From contig MU058000.1 in NCBI GenBank assembly GCA_013265495.1, forward strand, positions 248,001 to 312,000: 64,000 bases of DNA, read 5' to 3'. Position numbers and translations under genes: made by a program. Origin of the DNA: Vicugna vicugna (taxonomy: Eukaryota). Below are positions 49,330 through 63,340 of this stretch, piece after piece; within the stretch, counting starts at the first letter, position 1, and every line of letters starts with the position of its first letter. The notes under the pieces are model-generated. The model did not search any database. It saw only the letters and a list, made by a program, of their open reading frames with translations, and had not been told where the DNA came from.

Positions 49330-50250
49330 CTGTCCAGATGGAACTTTCTGGATATCAATTCCTATGTTGGAAACTCTTCCAATACTTCTACAAGCTTGCC
49401 TACATAGGCCTGCATGCCTGCCTATTCTGATACCAACCTTTGACGGGTCTTCTAGTTTGAATGGAAAATCCTGGACATCTCCTTCTCCATCTGCCTCTGA
49501 CATAATACTAAACATCACTTGCATACTGTCACCAAAATATTTCTTCAGTCTGTCCCTTCCTCTGAATCTCTACAACTTCCTAAATTCAAACTTTCACCCT
49601 ACCTCAGCCAGAGACCTGGGTCTCAACCGAAGACCTCCTAACTGCTCTTCCTGCCTTTGGTCTTCCCACCTCTCATCTACCTTTCACATCACTAGCAGTG
49701 ATGCTTCTAAAATAAGACTATGAGCATATCACTCTCCCTTTCAAAACTCCTTCATGGTTCCCTACTAAATGCAGAGCTGACCCAAGCTTTTCACACAATA
49801 CTCTTCTTGATGGATCTAACCTCTACCTCTTTTTGGAGCCTCATTCCTGACATTGTCTCTTATTTTCATACTGTAGTTTTGCCAAATCACTCAGGTTTCT
49901 TTTCATTTATCATGCTGTTTCTCTCCCAGGCCATTCCTACAAACTAAACTCTTCTCAGTAACTAAGTAGCTTTCCTAAGTAACCATTCCTACAATGGTTT
50001 ACCCTGCATGCATGCTGTCTCCTCTTTACCTGGCTAGCTTCAAGAGTCCCCGGAGGCATCAGCCTCCATGGCGGCTTCTGCATACCTCTGTCCCAGCTCT
50101 AACATATAATGTTAAAATTATCTACATAAGTGTCAGCTTTTCTAGAAAAAACATGTTCCCAGAGAGGCAGGATCATGTCTTATTTTTATGTCCACAGCAT
50201 GTAATATAGCATTGGGGTGTAATAGCTACTCAGTAAATTCTCTGTTAAAC
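49330..50250 (+). mobile_element. L2 remnant
   Basis: Pyrimidine-rich; ctcaaccgaagacctcctaactg; tcaaaactccttcatggttccc; gaggcaggatcatgtctta. Confidence 0.7.
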
Positions 50251-52755
50251 TGGATAAAATTTGGCCTCTATATGCCTTGTCAGCATTTATGACAAAAACA
50301 AATCCTTTATTTATGGGAACTCCTTGTATTACTGACTCTTACGACCATCTGAACCCTCTTCCTTCCTGTGATGTATTATTTTTACTATATTGCTTCTTTT
50401 ACCTACCAACCTGGTCCAACTCTTAGTTAGACTTCATGTTTACGTTCCAAATAAAGCAGCAGTGACACAATCCCCACCCAGTCTAGCATTAACACTAAAA
50501 GAAGAAATTCATTTGGCAGATTTATGAAAACAATTACTAAATGCCGTCAGAGGTCCTTCTCATACTGCAAAGCGTCAGCATGCACTAGCTGAAGGGCAGT
50601 TTTACCCTCCATACAGTTTTTGTCCTTTGATTTCAGATCTTATCTTCAATACTTATAGAGCTAGCTGTCTAGTTACAGTTCATGGGAATTACAGTGTGGT
50701 ACCCCATCAATAACCTAAGCCATCTTTCTAGTAAATAGATTCAATTCCTCCTTAGCCAGTTGGTCAGGACAGTGCTGCTTATCACGGCCCTTTTACGCTG
50801 TAGAGGAACAGTCGTCTCATGCAGCATTAAAACTCGTCTGATCAGAAGTTCAATCCCATTAAATGATAAGGGAAAACTACTCGCTAGCTCCCAAATTAAA
50901 GGGCTATGATTAAGAGTCATCTCTGACTCTCATAATTTAACTGAGCAGCAGCAGTGAAAGCTTTCTGTTCAGAAATGATAAAGATTTTAACTTGAAAGAA
51001 AATTCCAAGTACACTGTTCTTGTCAGAATTGTGGAGTTGGGGAAAAGAAAAAAAGAGGAATGCTTTATTAATGCACAACAAGTTTCTAGTCAAAAAATTC
51101 TGAGACAGCAAAACATGTATATTCCAAATCTTCTATGCAGGTGGCATAAATACAAGTTTGCATTTGCTTCTATCAAAAATTGTTGAGTATGCACAGGACC
51201 ACTGTACTTAAGGAGAGAAAATTTAGTAAGGTTGAGTATATTTCTGTGTCCAATCATAATACTGTTAGTTTTCTTACTAAGAATTTTTTTAAAGGCCTCT
51301 CTAATGCATATCTAGTTTTCAAAAGTGAACTCTGCCTTTGCACCACCTCCCCACCTTACTCACCAATCTCAGGGTTTTATCTGTGTTTACTCAAATATTC
51401 CCCTTTTTGCCACTATTATACTTAGCCAACTGGAGAACTACTACATATTTTTCCTGTGACCAAGTTTAAATACTGCATTTTTCTCGGAAGCCTTCAGTGA
51501 CAGGCTGGCAGCATCCTGCCCTCCCAACCTTCCAGCAAACCCCATAGTCAGCTCTTCCCTCTTTGGTGTTCCTCGATGTTTACATATTTCTATGACAATA
51601 TAACACATCTTAAGGATTTCTAAAACTTGTTTATGTACCCATTTTCCTTGTTAACTTTCATGGCTTGCTAACACTTATAGCCCCAATGTCTGTACACGCA
51701 CAAAAAAAGTACAGAATCAATAAATCTTGGCTGAAGGAATAAAGACTGAAGATGGCAATACACATAAGGGTAAGAATGTTAACTGAATCTGACACGGCAT
51801 GTAATCCATTCTCCCATCCTTTACATGGCACTGGAAAACTCAAATTCCTTCTCTGAAACCTCACTCTTGTCATATTTTTAAGTAAGGATATAGTACAAAA
51901 TTAAACATTCCTTCTTGCAACAAAATCCTAAATTTGACCACAGCTGGTCAGGTTTATAATATGGTTGGTTTTCTTACAGAATTTAAGTGGGATGGAAGAT
52001 ATATGTACCTTAAGCTGAAGAAAACTATTCTAAAAAGGAATGCAAGTGTTTAAGTATTAATACTTGAATAAATAGATACCTATATCTTATGTGGTCATAA
52101 TTGTCTATATATGTAAAGAAATGAATTTCCAAGTTGATCTGATCTACGAAGATAATTGGTAACTATCCCACGGTGTAGAAGAATCTTTTTGCTAAAATTA
52201 GCAAATTGTTCAATTTTAACCTTCTATTAAATTTAACAAAGGATCATGAAGCAAAAATCTTATCGTCAGAACATAGAGTTTACCCCTCCCATTTTGTAAA
52301 TGAGAGAGTGAGACACTCAGAGAGCTGAAGGATTTGCTTGAGCCACACAGAGGTTTGTCAGGCTTTGAGCTTACCCTCCAGAACCAGAATATATGTATAT
52401 ATGTTTAATGAAAGCTGGTTACAGCTGCCATGACTTTTGGCACCTCCAGAGATTGCCTACCCCAAGGAAAATGCAAAAAAAAAAAAATGTGTCTCTCTGA
52501 AAATCTAATTTTAATATTTCAAGTCTTACCTGCATTCATTCTGGCATTCAATGCCTATATATTTAAGCTAATTTTTCAATGTTAAACTAAAGGAACATGA
52601 AGGTTTCCTGAATGCATTACAATGATGTCTTCCCCAGCAATGAAGTTTTACACCTTCAAATGCTCAGTTACATGCTAAAATATATGACTAGCCCAAATAG
52701 GATGCCTTGAAGGTCATAAAAATTATGATAACTTTAGGATTCAAAGATTAATTAC

Positions 52756-52815
52756 CTTGCTTTCTGCTAACCAGCGATGTGGGTCATAATTAACATCAGG
52801 ACCAGATGAAAAAAC
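52756..52815 (-). CDS. CEP128: CEP128 internal coding exon (60 nt, phase 0-0)
   Basis: tttgtag|GTTTTT...AGCAAG|gtaatt. Translates to VFSSGPDVNYDPHRWLAESK, in frame with both neighbouring exons. Confidence 0.95.
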
Positions 52816-54321
52816 CTACAAAAAAGAGGAAATAGCCTTTTAGAAGTAGATTTTTCTCTGAAATGAACTTACATCAATTCTAAATTCTTTATTACATCCA
52901 AAAGTTTATTCTTTAAACTTAAGGATTTAAAAGAAGAAAGTTCATACCAAGTACGAAATCAATTCCAAACCACCATTTATTGAATGTGTCTGTTTATATA
53001 AGAATGTATGTATGGATGGATTAACAGCCAATATTTAGCTCACGTATAGAGACATCTATCAACTCTCAAGTGCTACTATTGCTAGACTCTCTGAGGCTGT
53101 TCCACAGAGTTCTGCGTGGCAAACAGCCTCAATTAAACCAGTTCACTTCATTTTTGTTTGTTTCTTTTCCTTAGTCTTGTTCCCAGTAATGTATTTCGCA
53201 GTGAGTTAGATGTAATTATATGGAAACTTAATTCTTCATCTTATTTTTTCTTCTTTAATTTTATACTATGAGGGCTATTTTGGCTTATTAATGTGTTCTT
53301 ATACAACAGAACCTAATCAATTAACTTCATACAAACACTGCTTTATATTTCATGATGGTAACAAAATTCTACAATAAATACACTGTCTACACCAGCTGCC
53401 CTGATTTCCTTCACACCAACTCATATAAAATCCCATGCCATCTGGTTCTGCCTTATTAGGGATTAAACCATACTCAAAGGTTGTCAATGACTTTATAAAC
53501 ACAAAAGTTTTTCTCAATTCCTACTGTCTTTGAACTTTGTGCTACTTACGGTATTTTTGTAGGACTTTTTTCCTAGAAATTTTCTGCTTAAAAGTGTCCT
53601 TTCCCTCTGTAAGAGATGTCTATTCCTAGTCTCAAAAACTTCCATACTTCCTGATGTGTGTACACATCACTCCCCTAACGGCATTAGGTAATTCATTTAG
53701 ACATATGTATGAGGAGTGCTGATCGCATGCCTTACACAACAGTGATGTGTTCTTAGACATAAACTTTCATGCATGTTCCCATTACCTAAATCTCACTCAA
53801 CTCTCATGCTTTCCTTGCTTTTTCAGTGAGATATTCCCTAACCACTCTAGCTCGTAGTGTTCTCTTTCTCTTCTACATATTATGTTGAATATTTGTATAC
53901 ATCCATTTATCATTATGATATTTTTTATTATTCTTTTTCATTGATCTCTGTCATAGTCTCAAGATGTCAATGACCTAAGATATAGTGCTCAAGATTAAAG
54001 ACTAATTTGAGATGAGTACAAGTAATATTCACATGTTCTGATCTGCTTTACAAATTTATATATAGTGTTTAAGAGAAAGCCACTTGTCCATTTACAAGTG
54101 GTGTGACTTAATTTCTCTAAGCTGTAGGTTACCATGTATAAAGTGAGCAAACTACACTTGGTCATCAGACCAAGGTATAAATTAAATAAAATTGGTGTTA
54201 GTCGCACACTGTCTGGAATACAGAACACCATCATCAATACTAACAGCGTATCAAGATATAATCATCAGTAAATAAGCTTCACAGTCTATTATGAAAAGAG
54301 CACTGTAACAGGTATTTGTTT

Positions 54322-54346
54322 TATATATATATATATATATATATAT
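54322..54346. repeat. (TA)12 microsatellite
   Basis: Perfect TA run. Confidence 0.95.
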
Positions 54347-56471
54347 CGATTTAGCTATATATAGATACAGATTCTATATATAGACATAGATTTGTTACAT
54401 GTATAAAAAGATTAAAGAAACAAAAGGTATGTACATGTTAATATGAATATGTTACATAATAATGATAGCTATCAATAGTCAAATAGCTACTAAGTGTAAG
54501 TTATTTCACACGATAATGTGCACCATCTATATCTTATTTAACTTTTTTTTTTTCACAGTAAGCCAACTTATAAATGGGACATGAATTCTCAGAGAGAATA
54601 GAAATGACATAACTCATCCAAGGTTATACATTAGCAATTTGGAGAGATGTAATTTGAACCTACATTTGTCTTGATCTAAGGTCCATCCTCTTTATGCTCT
54701 ACAAGTAAATGAATACTCAGGCCAAGTGATAGGGGAAAAGCTCTTGAATTATCAAAGATTGGTCCGGGAAAATAATGTAGCTTTAAACTGAGACACTGTC
54801 CTAATTGCTTCATAATCGTGGTGGTTTATTAAGTATCTGTCCATAGGTTTTCAAACACTGCATGCACTTACTAAGGTGGAATAATTAATAAATATAGTGC
54901 CTGAAAAAAGAAAAATGTAATTAGAGATAATACCAATATTCCCAAAGGCCTTTCTCAGGCTCCTGTGTTACATGTCTATTATTCAGTCCATTCCACAGCA
55001 CAGCCACTTTCTACATAAAATGGCTGAAAATTTCATCAGCAATATTTCAAAAATCAATAAATTACAAGGAATGGTTGGAAATATTCCATTTCTTAAAACA
55101 TTTTACAAGGACCACCAATATCCACTATGTTTCTGAACTATAAAGCAAAGAATTAATTTTATTTTAACAAACACCTTGGTGGTTTTTTTGGGGTGAGAGC
55201 AAACATTATGTTCTTGAGTATTCCCTCTTTTTTTTTTTTTCAATCTTATAGTAGTGAAACAACAGAAGTTATTAGTGGAAAGAGACTGACAATGAAAACA
55301 TGAATTATTTAAAAAATCTCAATAGAATTTCCATTCTTTCAAATTTACTTTCCACCCATTACTTAGGTTGAATTAGTCTTTGTCTTGAGGAAGATGTGTA
55401 AAGACCCATGACCACAATCACTGCATTCCTGGAAGCCTATTAAAGAATAGGATGCTTTTCGGGGTATGTTGGAAGGATAAATTGTACCTCATAAAGAAAT
55501 AAAATATTCAAGCAATCTTCTATCTGCACACTGTTTTAGCCTATAATTGGCCATAACAACGTTTATGTATCTTATAACACGACCCAAATGTTTCCATTTT
55601 TACATCTCTACTTTACTGAAAACAAGCCATCCTGACACAGATTCTTAAATATAGACTAAATATTGCATTGTTAATATGTGCCTCTTTTAGGTAAAATTGG
55701 GATTTCAAAGCCACATACCCTTTAAATATATGTAAACAAGACAAGTCTTAAATAAAATAGCATTATCCAGGAAAAAGAATAAACCAGAATTATAACAGCA
55801 CTGAAAGAGGTAGTTTTCCCCTAAAGCCAATTACTTCTCATATTTGGCTCACAGTCCTCTCAAACTGACATTTGAGCTTTAAAAAATAAAATGTATATAA
55901 AAACACATATGGTAGAAATTCCATCAACTCCATCAAATTCTACCAGTTGAAATATTTCCTTTTAAGTTGAATCCTAAAGCACCTTGAACCACAAGAGTGG
56001 AATTATCATTTTATGTTCTCTGAAACATCACTTAAGAAAGGAAAGGGGGGGGAAAAAAAGATGGGCAGGAAAAGCAGGAAAAAAAGAGGGGAAAGTAGTT
56101 TTATACGAGGAAAAAAAAAGATGAATGACAAAATAAAAATAAGAAACAACTGAAAAGGTTTTAAAAAGCCTTAATGCACAATACTATAATCTGAGTGCTG
56201 TCATATCATCACATGAAATAAATACAACAGTAAATGGAGGCTAAACTATAATGTGTTACAGCCATATATACCAAAGTAATGCAATGCTCTTTGTATGTAA
56301 TAGAGCAGCACCAGAACCTAGAGTCGTAAGAGGTGCTCACCTCCAAGGAATTAAGAACATCCATGACTATTTCTGTTTTTATTTATCATTTCACTAGGAC
56401 TACAAATTGGGTAATAATAATCCATTTTAAAGATTAAAAAAACTCAATGAAATGTAATTTGTATACATAGG

Positions 56472-56735
56472 AAAGGCAAATAGCATGGTGGTTACTTGCT
56501 TAAGCTCCAAAGTTAGATGCCCAGGGTTTAAGTCCCAGTTCTACCATCTGACTAGATACATGGCCAGGGGCAAGTTACGTAACCCCTCCAAGCCTTGCTT
56601 TCTCTGGTCTACAATGGATATAATCCAAGTACCTGAAGGACGGGGTGGTTTCAGCAGTTAAAGGAGAGAATACATGCCCTGTACTTACCATAGTACCTAC
56701 AGTATAACTAGTACTCAACAGATGTTCCCCAGTAA
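56472..56735 (+). mobile_element. Near full-length MIR
   Basis: gcatggtggtta...gggtttaagtcccagttctacca...ggggcaagttacgtaacc...tagtactcaacagatgtt. Confidence 0.85.
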
Positions 56736-57076
56736 TACGCTAACAACAACAAAAATGGCCTGTGATAATAAAAAATTCAAAATACAGGCTTTTTTGACTC
56801 TTACAGAATTTTTTTGGTCAGAACTGCTGCTTCTCTTATAAGACACTTTCTTTTACAGAGTGAGATACAGGCAATTCAGTGGAGTAACAGCACACTTTCT
56901 CTCACTATGACTGTGCCATAGATAAAATAACTCATTCTGAAAAATGCAAGATGTTATTTTGTTCCATAAAACTCTCTGGAATAAAAATGTGACTACCATG
57001 TAACCATGCATTAAGATCTTATTATAATTATATATTAGGAAACTAACTGAAAGGCACAATGAGAACTCATAATTAC

Positions 57077-57253
57077 TTTCAATTTCTCCATTGAGTCCCT
57101 AGAGAAGGTTTTACAAGCTGTATCAATTTCCTTTCCTATCACACCAAGAATGGATTCCTGTTCAGTCTCTAGACAAAGAAGTTGGTCCTTGAGTTGCAGT
57201 CTGGCCTCTTCCATCCTTCTTAAGTGCTCTTCTTCATTGCTTATGTGTTTTTC
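57077..57253 (-). CDS. CEP128: CEP128 internal coding exon (177 nt, phase 0-0)
   Basis: ccttag|GAAAAA...TTGAAA|gtaatt. Translates to EKHISNEEEHLRRMEEARLQLKDQLLCLETEQESILGVIGKEIDTACKTFSRDSMEKLK, recognised as the CEP128 coiled-coil region. Confidence 0.96.
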
Positions 57254-60200
57254 CTAAGGCATTGATAAGGAATAAAAACACAAGTTAATTATTAAGTGGA
57301 GGCAAGAAACACCTGTAATATCTGTACAACCAACTCAAAGAAGCATGTTAGAAAACAGATCTGACTTTGTCTGTCCCTTTATTTTACTAAAATAAAATAT
57401 TATGCCTACTCATTAACTGAGGTCAAGTAATAAAGAATTCAGAGGTAGGGCATTTAGTGAAATAGTGAAATATTTTTTATTTGAAAAAAAAAGTACATAT
57501 ATATAGTAATTCTGTAATGAAAGAAAAAAGTTCAAAAAACTCCTTCACCATTTTCATAACATAATGCCATTAATGAAACTGAGAGTAAAAGTTGATGCAA
57601 CAAATTGACTTTGAGCTCTCAATAAATTTTAGTAAAACACTAGAAAAAGCAAAATGTCAAATAAGATAGCGATACTTTCATTTCAGAAAAAAAAAGTTAC
57701 TACTGCCTTTATCTCATCAAAACACTTTTTAAAAAGCCTAAGTCTTCAAATGCAGTCATACTGCATAAATGCTTTGAACTATAAAAATTTGACAGAAGTT
57801 GGAGGTAGTTTTCAAGTAAGCAAATATATTTAATGAAAGGGGGTTTCTAAGGAACCCTTTAAGAGATTACAAGGACTTGGGCATCACCCTCCCCTGCCCC
57901 GGCAAAACAATTCTCAATCATTTTGATTACACAATTTCATCATTAGAGGAATTCAGGTGGTATTGCATAAGACTTGGAGGAAAATAACAGAATCACTAGA
58001 ATTGTGAGTATAAACAGTGGACCAAAAAGTCATAATGGTTGGCGATTGTTGCCTTCAGTCATTCCCTGGTACCCTAATCATCTTTATCCACCCTAGTGAA
58101 TACAACACAAGCAGGAAGATTACGTGGTCAACAAAGCCAGCTAGAATTTAAAATAACAAAGAGATCTGTCCAGTGAAAATTAATCATGAAAGGTAGAATG
58201 GTATTTTAGCAGAATATATAATATTTCCTTGCAATTCAACAGACTTTAAAAAAAGAATGAAACACCCTCTTTGCAAAGGAACAGAGTTCTTTAACAACCT
58301 GTCTTCTGCCCTTCTCTCTAGCCTCATATCCCTCCTTACTATTCTCTCATACTTTAACCACTTGCAGTTTCTCAAGATGCCTACATGTGTCTCCTCTGAC
58401 CACATCTGATCTGTACAACTCTGCTTGAAATCGCACTATTCAAAAATGGAGCTGGTAGCCAAGACTCAGGGGCTGGATATTTTTTCTTTTTGGTTCTCTG
58501 ATTTGAGCCAGCTTTTAGCAGTAGAATACATTAAGCTCACAAGAGACTAATGTACAGACTAGAATGCCACTCAACTGACTACATTAATTTACAGTGAGAA
58601 CCATAACTGCCATATGGATCAGAATGCTCATGTCAGCACAACCAGTATGTTTTCTCCCTGTAGACCAATCTAGACCGGAAGGCAAATTATAATCAGAATG
58701 TTGCTTAATGAATAGGAAATCGGAGCAAGGGGAGTTGGCTTTACGAAACAATGTTTAAGTGGCATCACGCTAATGGTAGCCTGGCATGCCCATCTACACG
58801 TCAGGATTTCAGATCACAGTAACAAGAGTGTTCCATCTCTTGGGTAGTGTCTGGATGCAGATTGCTTAAGTGCATCTCTCTAAGTTTCTCCTTTGTCCAC
58901 ATTCAGTTTCTGCTCAGACTCTCCCTGCTGATTGACAGGACATCTCTTTAGATGCATCAACAGTGTCACTATGTCTTGCTCTCATCTAGGAGCCTTTCTA
59001 AAAAATTAACATCCTGACTCTGAACAGTATTTGTTGATTTTATAGTTTGCTTAGTAGAAAACACCTTACTGCCAAGTCCCTAGGCGAGGATACCTGCTTC
59101 TGTATATACGCACCCGCCTATACTTCCTATCCTTCAAAGTTCATCCTTCAAGATCCACTCTTCTTTCTTTCGTGATCTCCCAATGCAGAATATTCCCACA
59201 GCATATTATGAACATCATGGTTCCAAAAAATGTATCAATCCATAATATGTATTTTTGCACCTGTCTCCCTTAACAAACTTCTAATTTCAGGAGACCACAA
59301 GACATGATTATAATCACCTTCCCTACTTTGCTGAAGAAGTAATTTAAACATTTTGTGAAGATTTAAATTCAACACTGCAAAGATCATTTCATCAATTACC
59401 AAGCAGATCCACACACTCAGAGGCTGCTGAGGTATGTATGCTAGGAGGTTTCCTGCACAGAAACAAAGGCCTCCAGACAAACACAAGCTTGCGTGTCCTT
59501 GTTGGTGTGATGTTAATAATGAAAATACTCTCTCAGGGGTTACCGATGTACTCAGAGGACAACTGTTCATATTCTAAATCCAGGCAACTCACAGTGATGT
59601 TCTACTTGAACTTTCTTTTCTCCTTTCCCTCACAGCCATCTTTCTTTTCCCACTGTTATTTTTCTGTGCTCTCTGTTACCTGACTCATTAATATGAAGAC
59701 AAAACTATTTCTACATTTCAGTATTAAGAATGTTGATATTGTCAGAAAGGCCTCTAACTAAATTCAATCACTTTAGCAAAGGCTGACATTTCATTATCTA
59801 CTTCACTGACTTCGGTGAGGCATTCCGCGTGCCACGTCCAATCTCCCTTTGAAGCAAAACTCGCAGAGCGATAAACTCACATGAACCTTAGAGGTCAGTG
59901 GGCTTCGCTACCCATTCTTTCAGAAATCCCTTCTTTGACATTTCTGACAGGTGGTCATCCCACCCACCCCTAGATGACTAACTCAAGTTTCAAGGAAAAG
60001 GGTACTTGACAAAGCTGCAGAATCTTTCCATTAGTCTAAGTGCTATACTCAAAAATTAAAGTAAATAAATAAATCCTCCACCCTCTACTAAGTCTTCTAG
60101 TGTTCCAGGTCAAGGTATATGTTCTTATTTAACTAGTTTTCAGACACTGCACCATACTGGTTCTCCATCCTTTCTGCACATGCTCTAAGAACCTAAATCT

Positions 60201-61164
60201 AGGAGTAAGGACTGGGACTGTTTCTCCCAGTTTTGTGTTTCAGAAACAGCTCTACCAGTGGAACAAGCACAGCTCATTCTGTGAGATGATGGGAAACAGG
60301 CTGACATTAATCCCAACATCCAGTCTAATTTGGGGGCACAGAGATTAATAAAGGCAGATGGTAATATTTAGGCACTACTATGGCTATTCACTGATCTTCT
60401 AGTAAAATCAGAGGGAGCAGTAATTGTACAAGACTAGCAAAAAGCTAAGGTCTTGGGAATATAAGGAGCTTCTTCACAGAGGATAAGGGCTGGGAGCAAA
60501 CAAATCTGCCAGCAGCAGTCTATATGATCCAAGAAGAGAAACACCCTAGACTATGACTGAATTTAAGAAAGAACCTTAAAATACAAACCCAACCCCTAAC
60601 TTTACAAATAAAGAAACCAAAATTCAGACCAAGTAACGACTTAAGTCAGAGACAACAACCCATAAACTAAGTGCCCTGGCTCTCTGACTAATACTCTCTA
60701 CTGAAGTACTAGAAAGGCCCAGTTCTTAAAATTGGAGTTTAGAAAGCCATTGTGAAAAATTTAGAAAGGCCAGTAGGTTATGTGGGGACTAACGCAGTCA
60801 TAAAGTAGAAAGAGTAACTCAAAAAATATTTCCGAATGAACTTTTATCACTACAAATAAAAATATGACATATTGGCAAATTCAAAATAGACCATAAAACG
60901 GGGGAAATCCATCAAGCACATAATATCCTAATCTCTTAGGGGCTACCCCCCTCCTCTATACTGGAGATGTACCCTGTGTACACATAAAATCTCTTGGCAG
61001 ATTTTAGTTAAGAACGACAACTAATCTCACACTAAACAAGGTACAGTTCCACTGTCGAGAGAGCAAAGGTTTCAGGACGTTTCTGCTTCAGGACAGGAAA
61101 GGCTTATATTGTTGCCATTTGTGTCTAAAGGAAACAAAAATCACACTGTTCACGATGTCATCAT

Positions 61165-61224
61165 ACACACGTGCACAATCACATATGTGCACGCGCACAC
61201 ATGCACACACACACACACACACAC
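61165..61224. repeat. Imperfect (CA)n microsatellite
   Basis: acacacgtgcac...gcacacacacacacacacacaca. Confidence 0.9.
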
Positions 61225-62672
61225 AGAGTTGACCGGCTTTATCAATGAACCTGTGATTCAAAGGATAAAAAATGTTCCTCTAATTATATTTTTCTGTTTC
61301 AGCACACCCTTTACAACTCAGAACATTCACTCTCCCAAAGGCTGTAAAGATTACAAGGAGACACAATCTTAATGGAAATAGAACTACTTCAATAAAACTT
61401 AGACCATGTCCAAAATGTTATCTTCTTGATAAAAGCTTATGAGATTCCTTCAATGTGTTAAGTGCTGCAGAAAAGCCACTTTATTTCTAATATGTTTATT
61501 ACATAAAATGAAAACAGTTCTTCACACCTTAACAGAAACATTACAGTAAAGAAAGTACACTCACACAACTAAATAAATCATTACTTTACAAAGTTAATGC
61601 TTTTCCATTACTAAAAACAAACTTGAATAAGTGTGACAATATTTCAGCACATGAGCAGGGGATGCGGGAAAGACAGGATAAGAAGCAGAGAGAAATCAAA
61701 TAATGTTAAAGGTTGAAATTAAACAATGTAATTCAAAGTTACTGGAAGCAGGGCTTGTTAAAACTATAGACCTGCACATATCACCTAAAAAGTTTTGAGA
61801 AAGAATATTTCTGTAACTCAAGATAACTTTTATGCCTAAGCCTTAAATCCAGGACACCAGCATTACAAGGCAAATTATGAAACTATCCTGAACAAAAATT
61901 GGATCTGTCTGGAAGCCATTTATCTGACTCTCTAAAGAAGGTTCACATTACTTTTGCCAACAGAGTTGACTCAGCTGCAAAGAAGTTAAGATACAATATG
62001 AAATGCCAACGAAGGCAGAAACTGCAGCACAACTAAAAGAGAAGGCTCTGCTATGGATATTGTAGAAAATTTTTAAAGAGTACGATCTGGAAAATTACTA
62101 CACTAGTGTTAAAACTATCTTGCAAAACAGCCAAAAAATAAATAACACATCAGTTGCTGTCGCATGTAAAACTAATTTTTTCAGGCATTTCTTAAAAAAA
62201 GAAGGTCTTACATGATGGTGAATCTCTTAAATTCAAAGTACCGCTATATATTCAACGTTTAGATTGGGATCAAAAAATAAAAAACATAACAACCACCACC
62301 CTAAAATCATCAGTTCAGATCAGGTTGACAAAGTCTCCATGAATTCAACCTATGTTTATCCTTTGGCCTCTGTGAACCCATCACTACTCAGGAGTAAAGA
62401 GGACAAAGGGAGGTCATAAACTGAATTTCTTACTCTGTATGAAAGTCCAATAACATGCACGCCCTTCCTCACCCCAGTGAATACTGTAACGACAGACAGG
62501 CTGAGAGCTTAGGAACACTGGGTGCTCCGTCTTTGTGCTCCTGCGGCGCTTTATACGAGCTTCTGCTGTGACACCTACTACTACATGTATCTTTTATGTC
62601 CATCTCCTCAAAAGACCATGAGTTCCTCTAGGACAAAGATCTTATTCCTCTTCATTTACATATCCCAGCACC

Positions 62673-63340
62673 CTTCACACACTGATGGTGGAAATGGAAC
62701 CTGGTACGGCCACTAAGAAAAACAGCACAGATGTTACTCAAAAAATTAAGGATAGAATTACCATATGATATGGCTGGCTATCCCACTTCTGGGTATTTAT
62801 CCAAAGGAAACAAGAACACTAATTAGAAAAGATGGATGCACCTCTACGTTCATCGCAGCACTATTTACCACAGCCAAGAGACAGACACAACCTACATGCC
62901 CAACAACAGGTAAGTGGATTAAGAAGATACACACACACAACGGAATACTGCTCAGTCATAAAAGAATATGAAATCGTGCCATTTGCAACAACATAGATGG
63001 ACTTTGAGGATATCATGCTAAGTGAAATAAGGCAGAGAAAGACAAACACTGTATGACTTCACTCATATGTGGAATACAAAAAGCAAACAAGCAAAATAAA
63101 TGAACAAATAAAAACAAACACACAGATGCAGAGGACAGAGCAGCTGCCAGAGGGTTAAGGCCAGGGGGGAGGGCAAAATGGGTAAAGGGGAATCACCTGT
63201 ATGGCAACAGACGGAAACTAACTCTTTGGTGGTAAGCACACTGCAGTACAGACAGAAGTAGAAATATAATGTTGTATACATGAAATGTATATAATGTTAT
63301 AAACCAATATAACCTCAATAAAAAGAAAACTAGAAAAAAA
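62673..63340 (+). mobile_element. 5'-truncated, comparatively young L1 inserted in an L2 3' end
   Basis: L1 ORF2 end and 3' UTR (cccacttctgggtatttatccaaagg...aacctcaataaaa). Target-site duplication atcccagcacc (62662-62672) / atcccagtacc (63341-63351). L2 continues on both sides. Confidence 0.9.
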
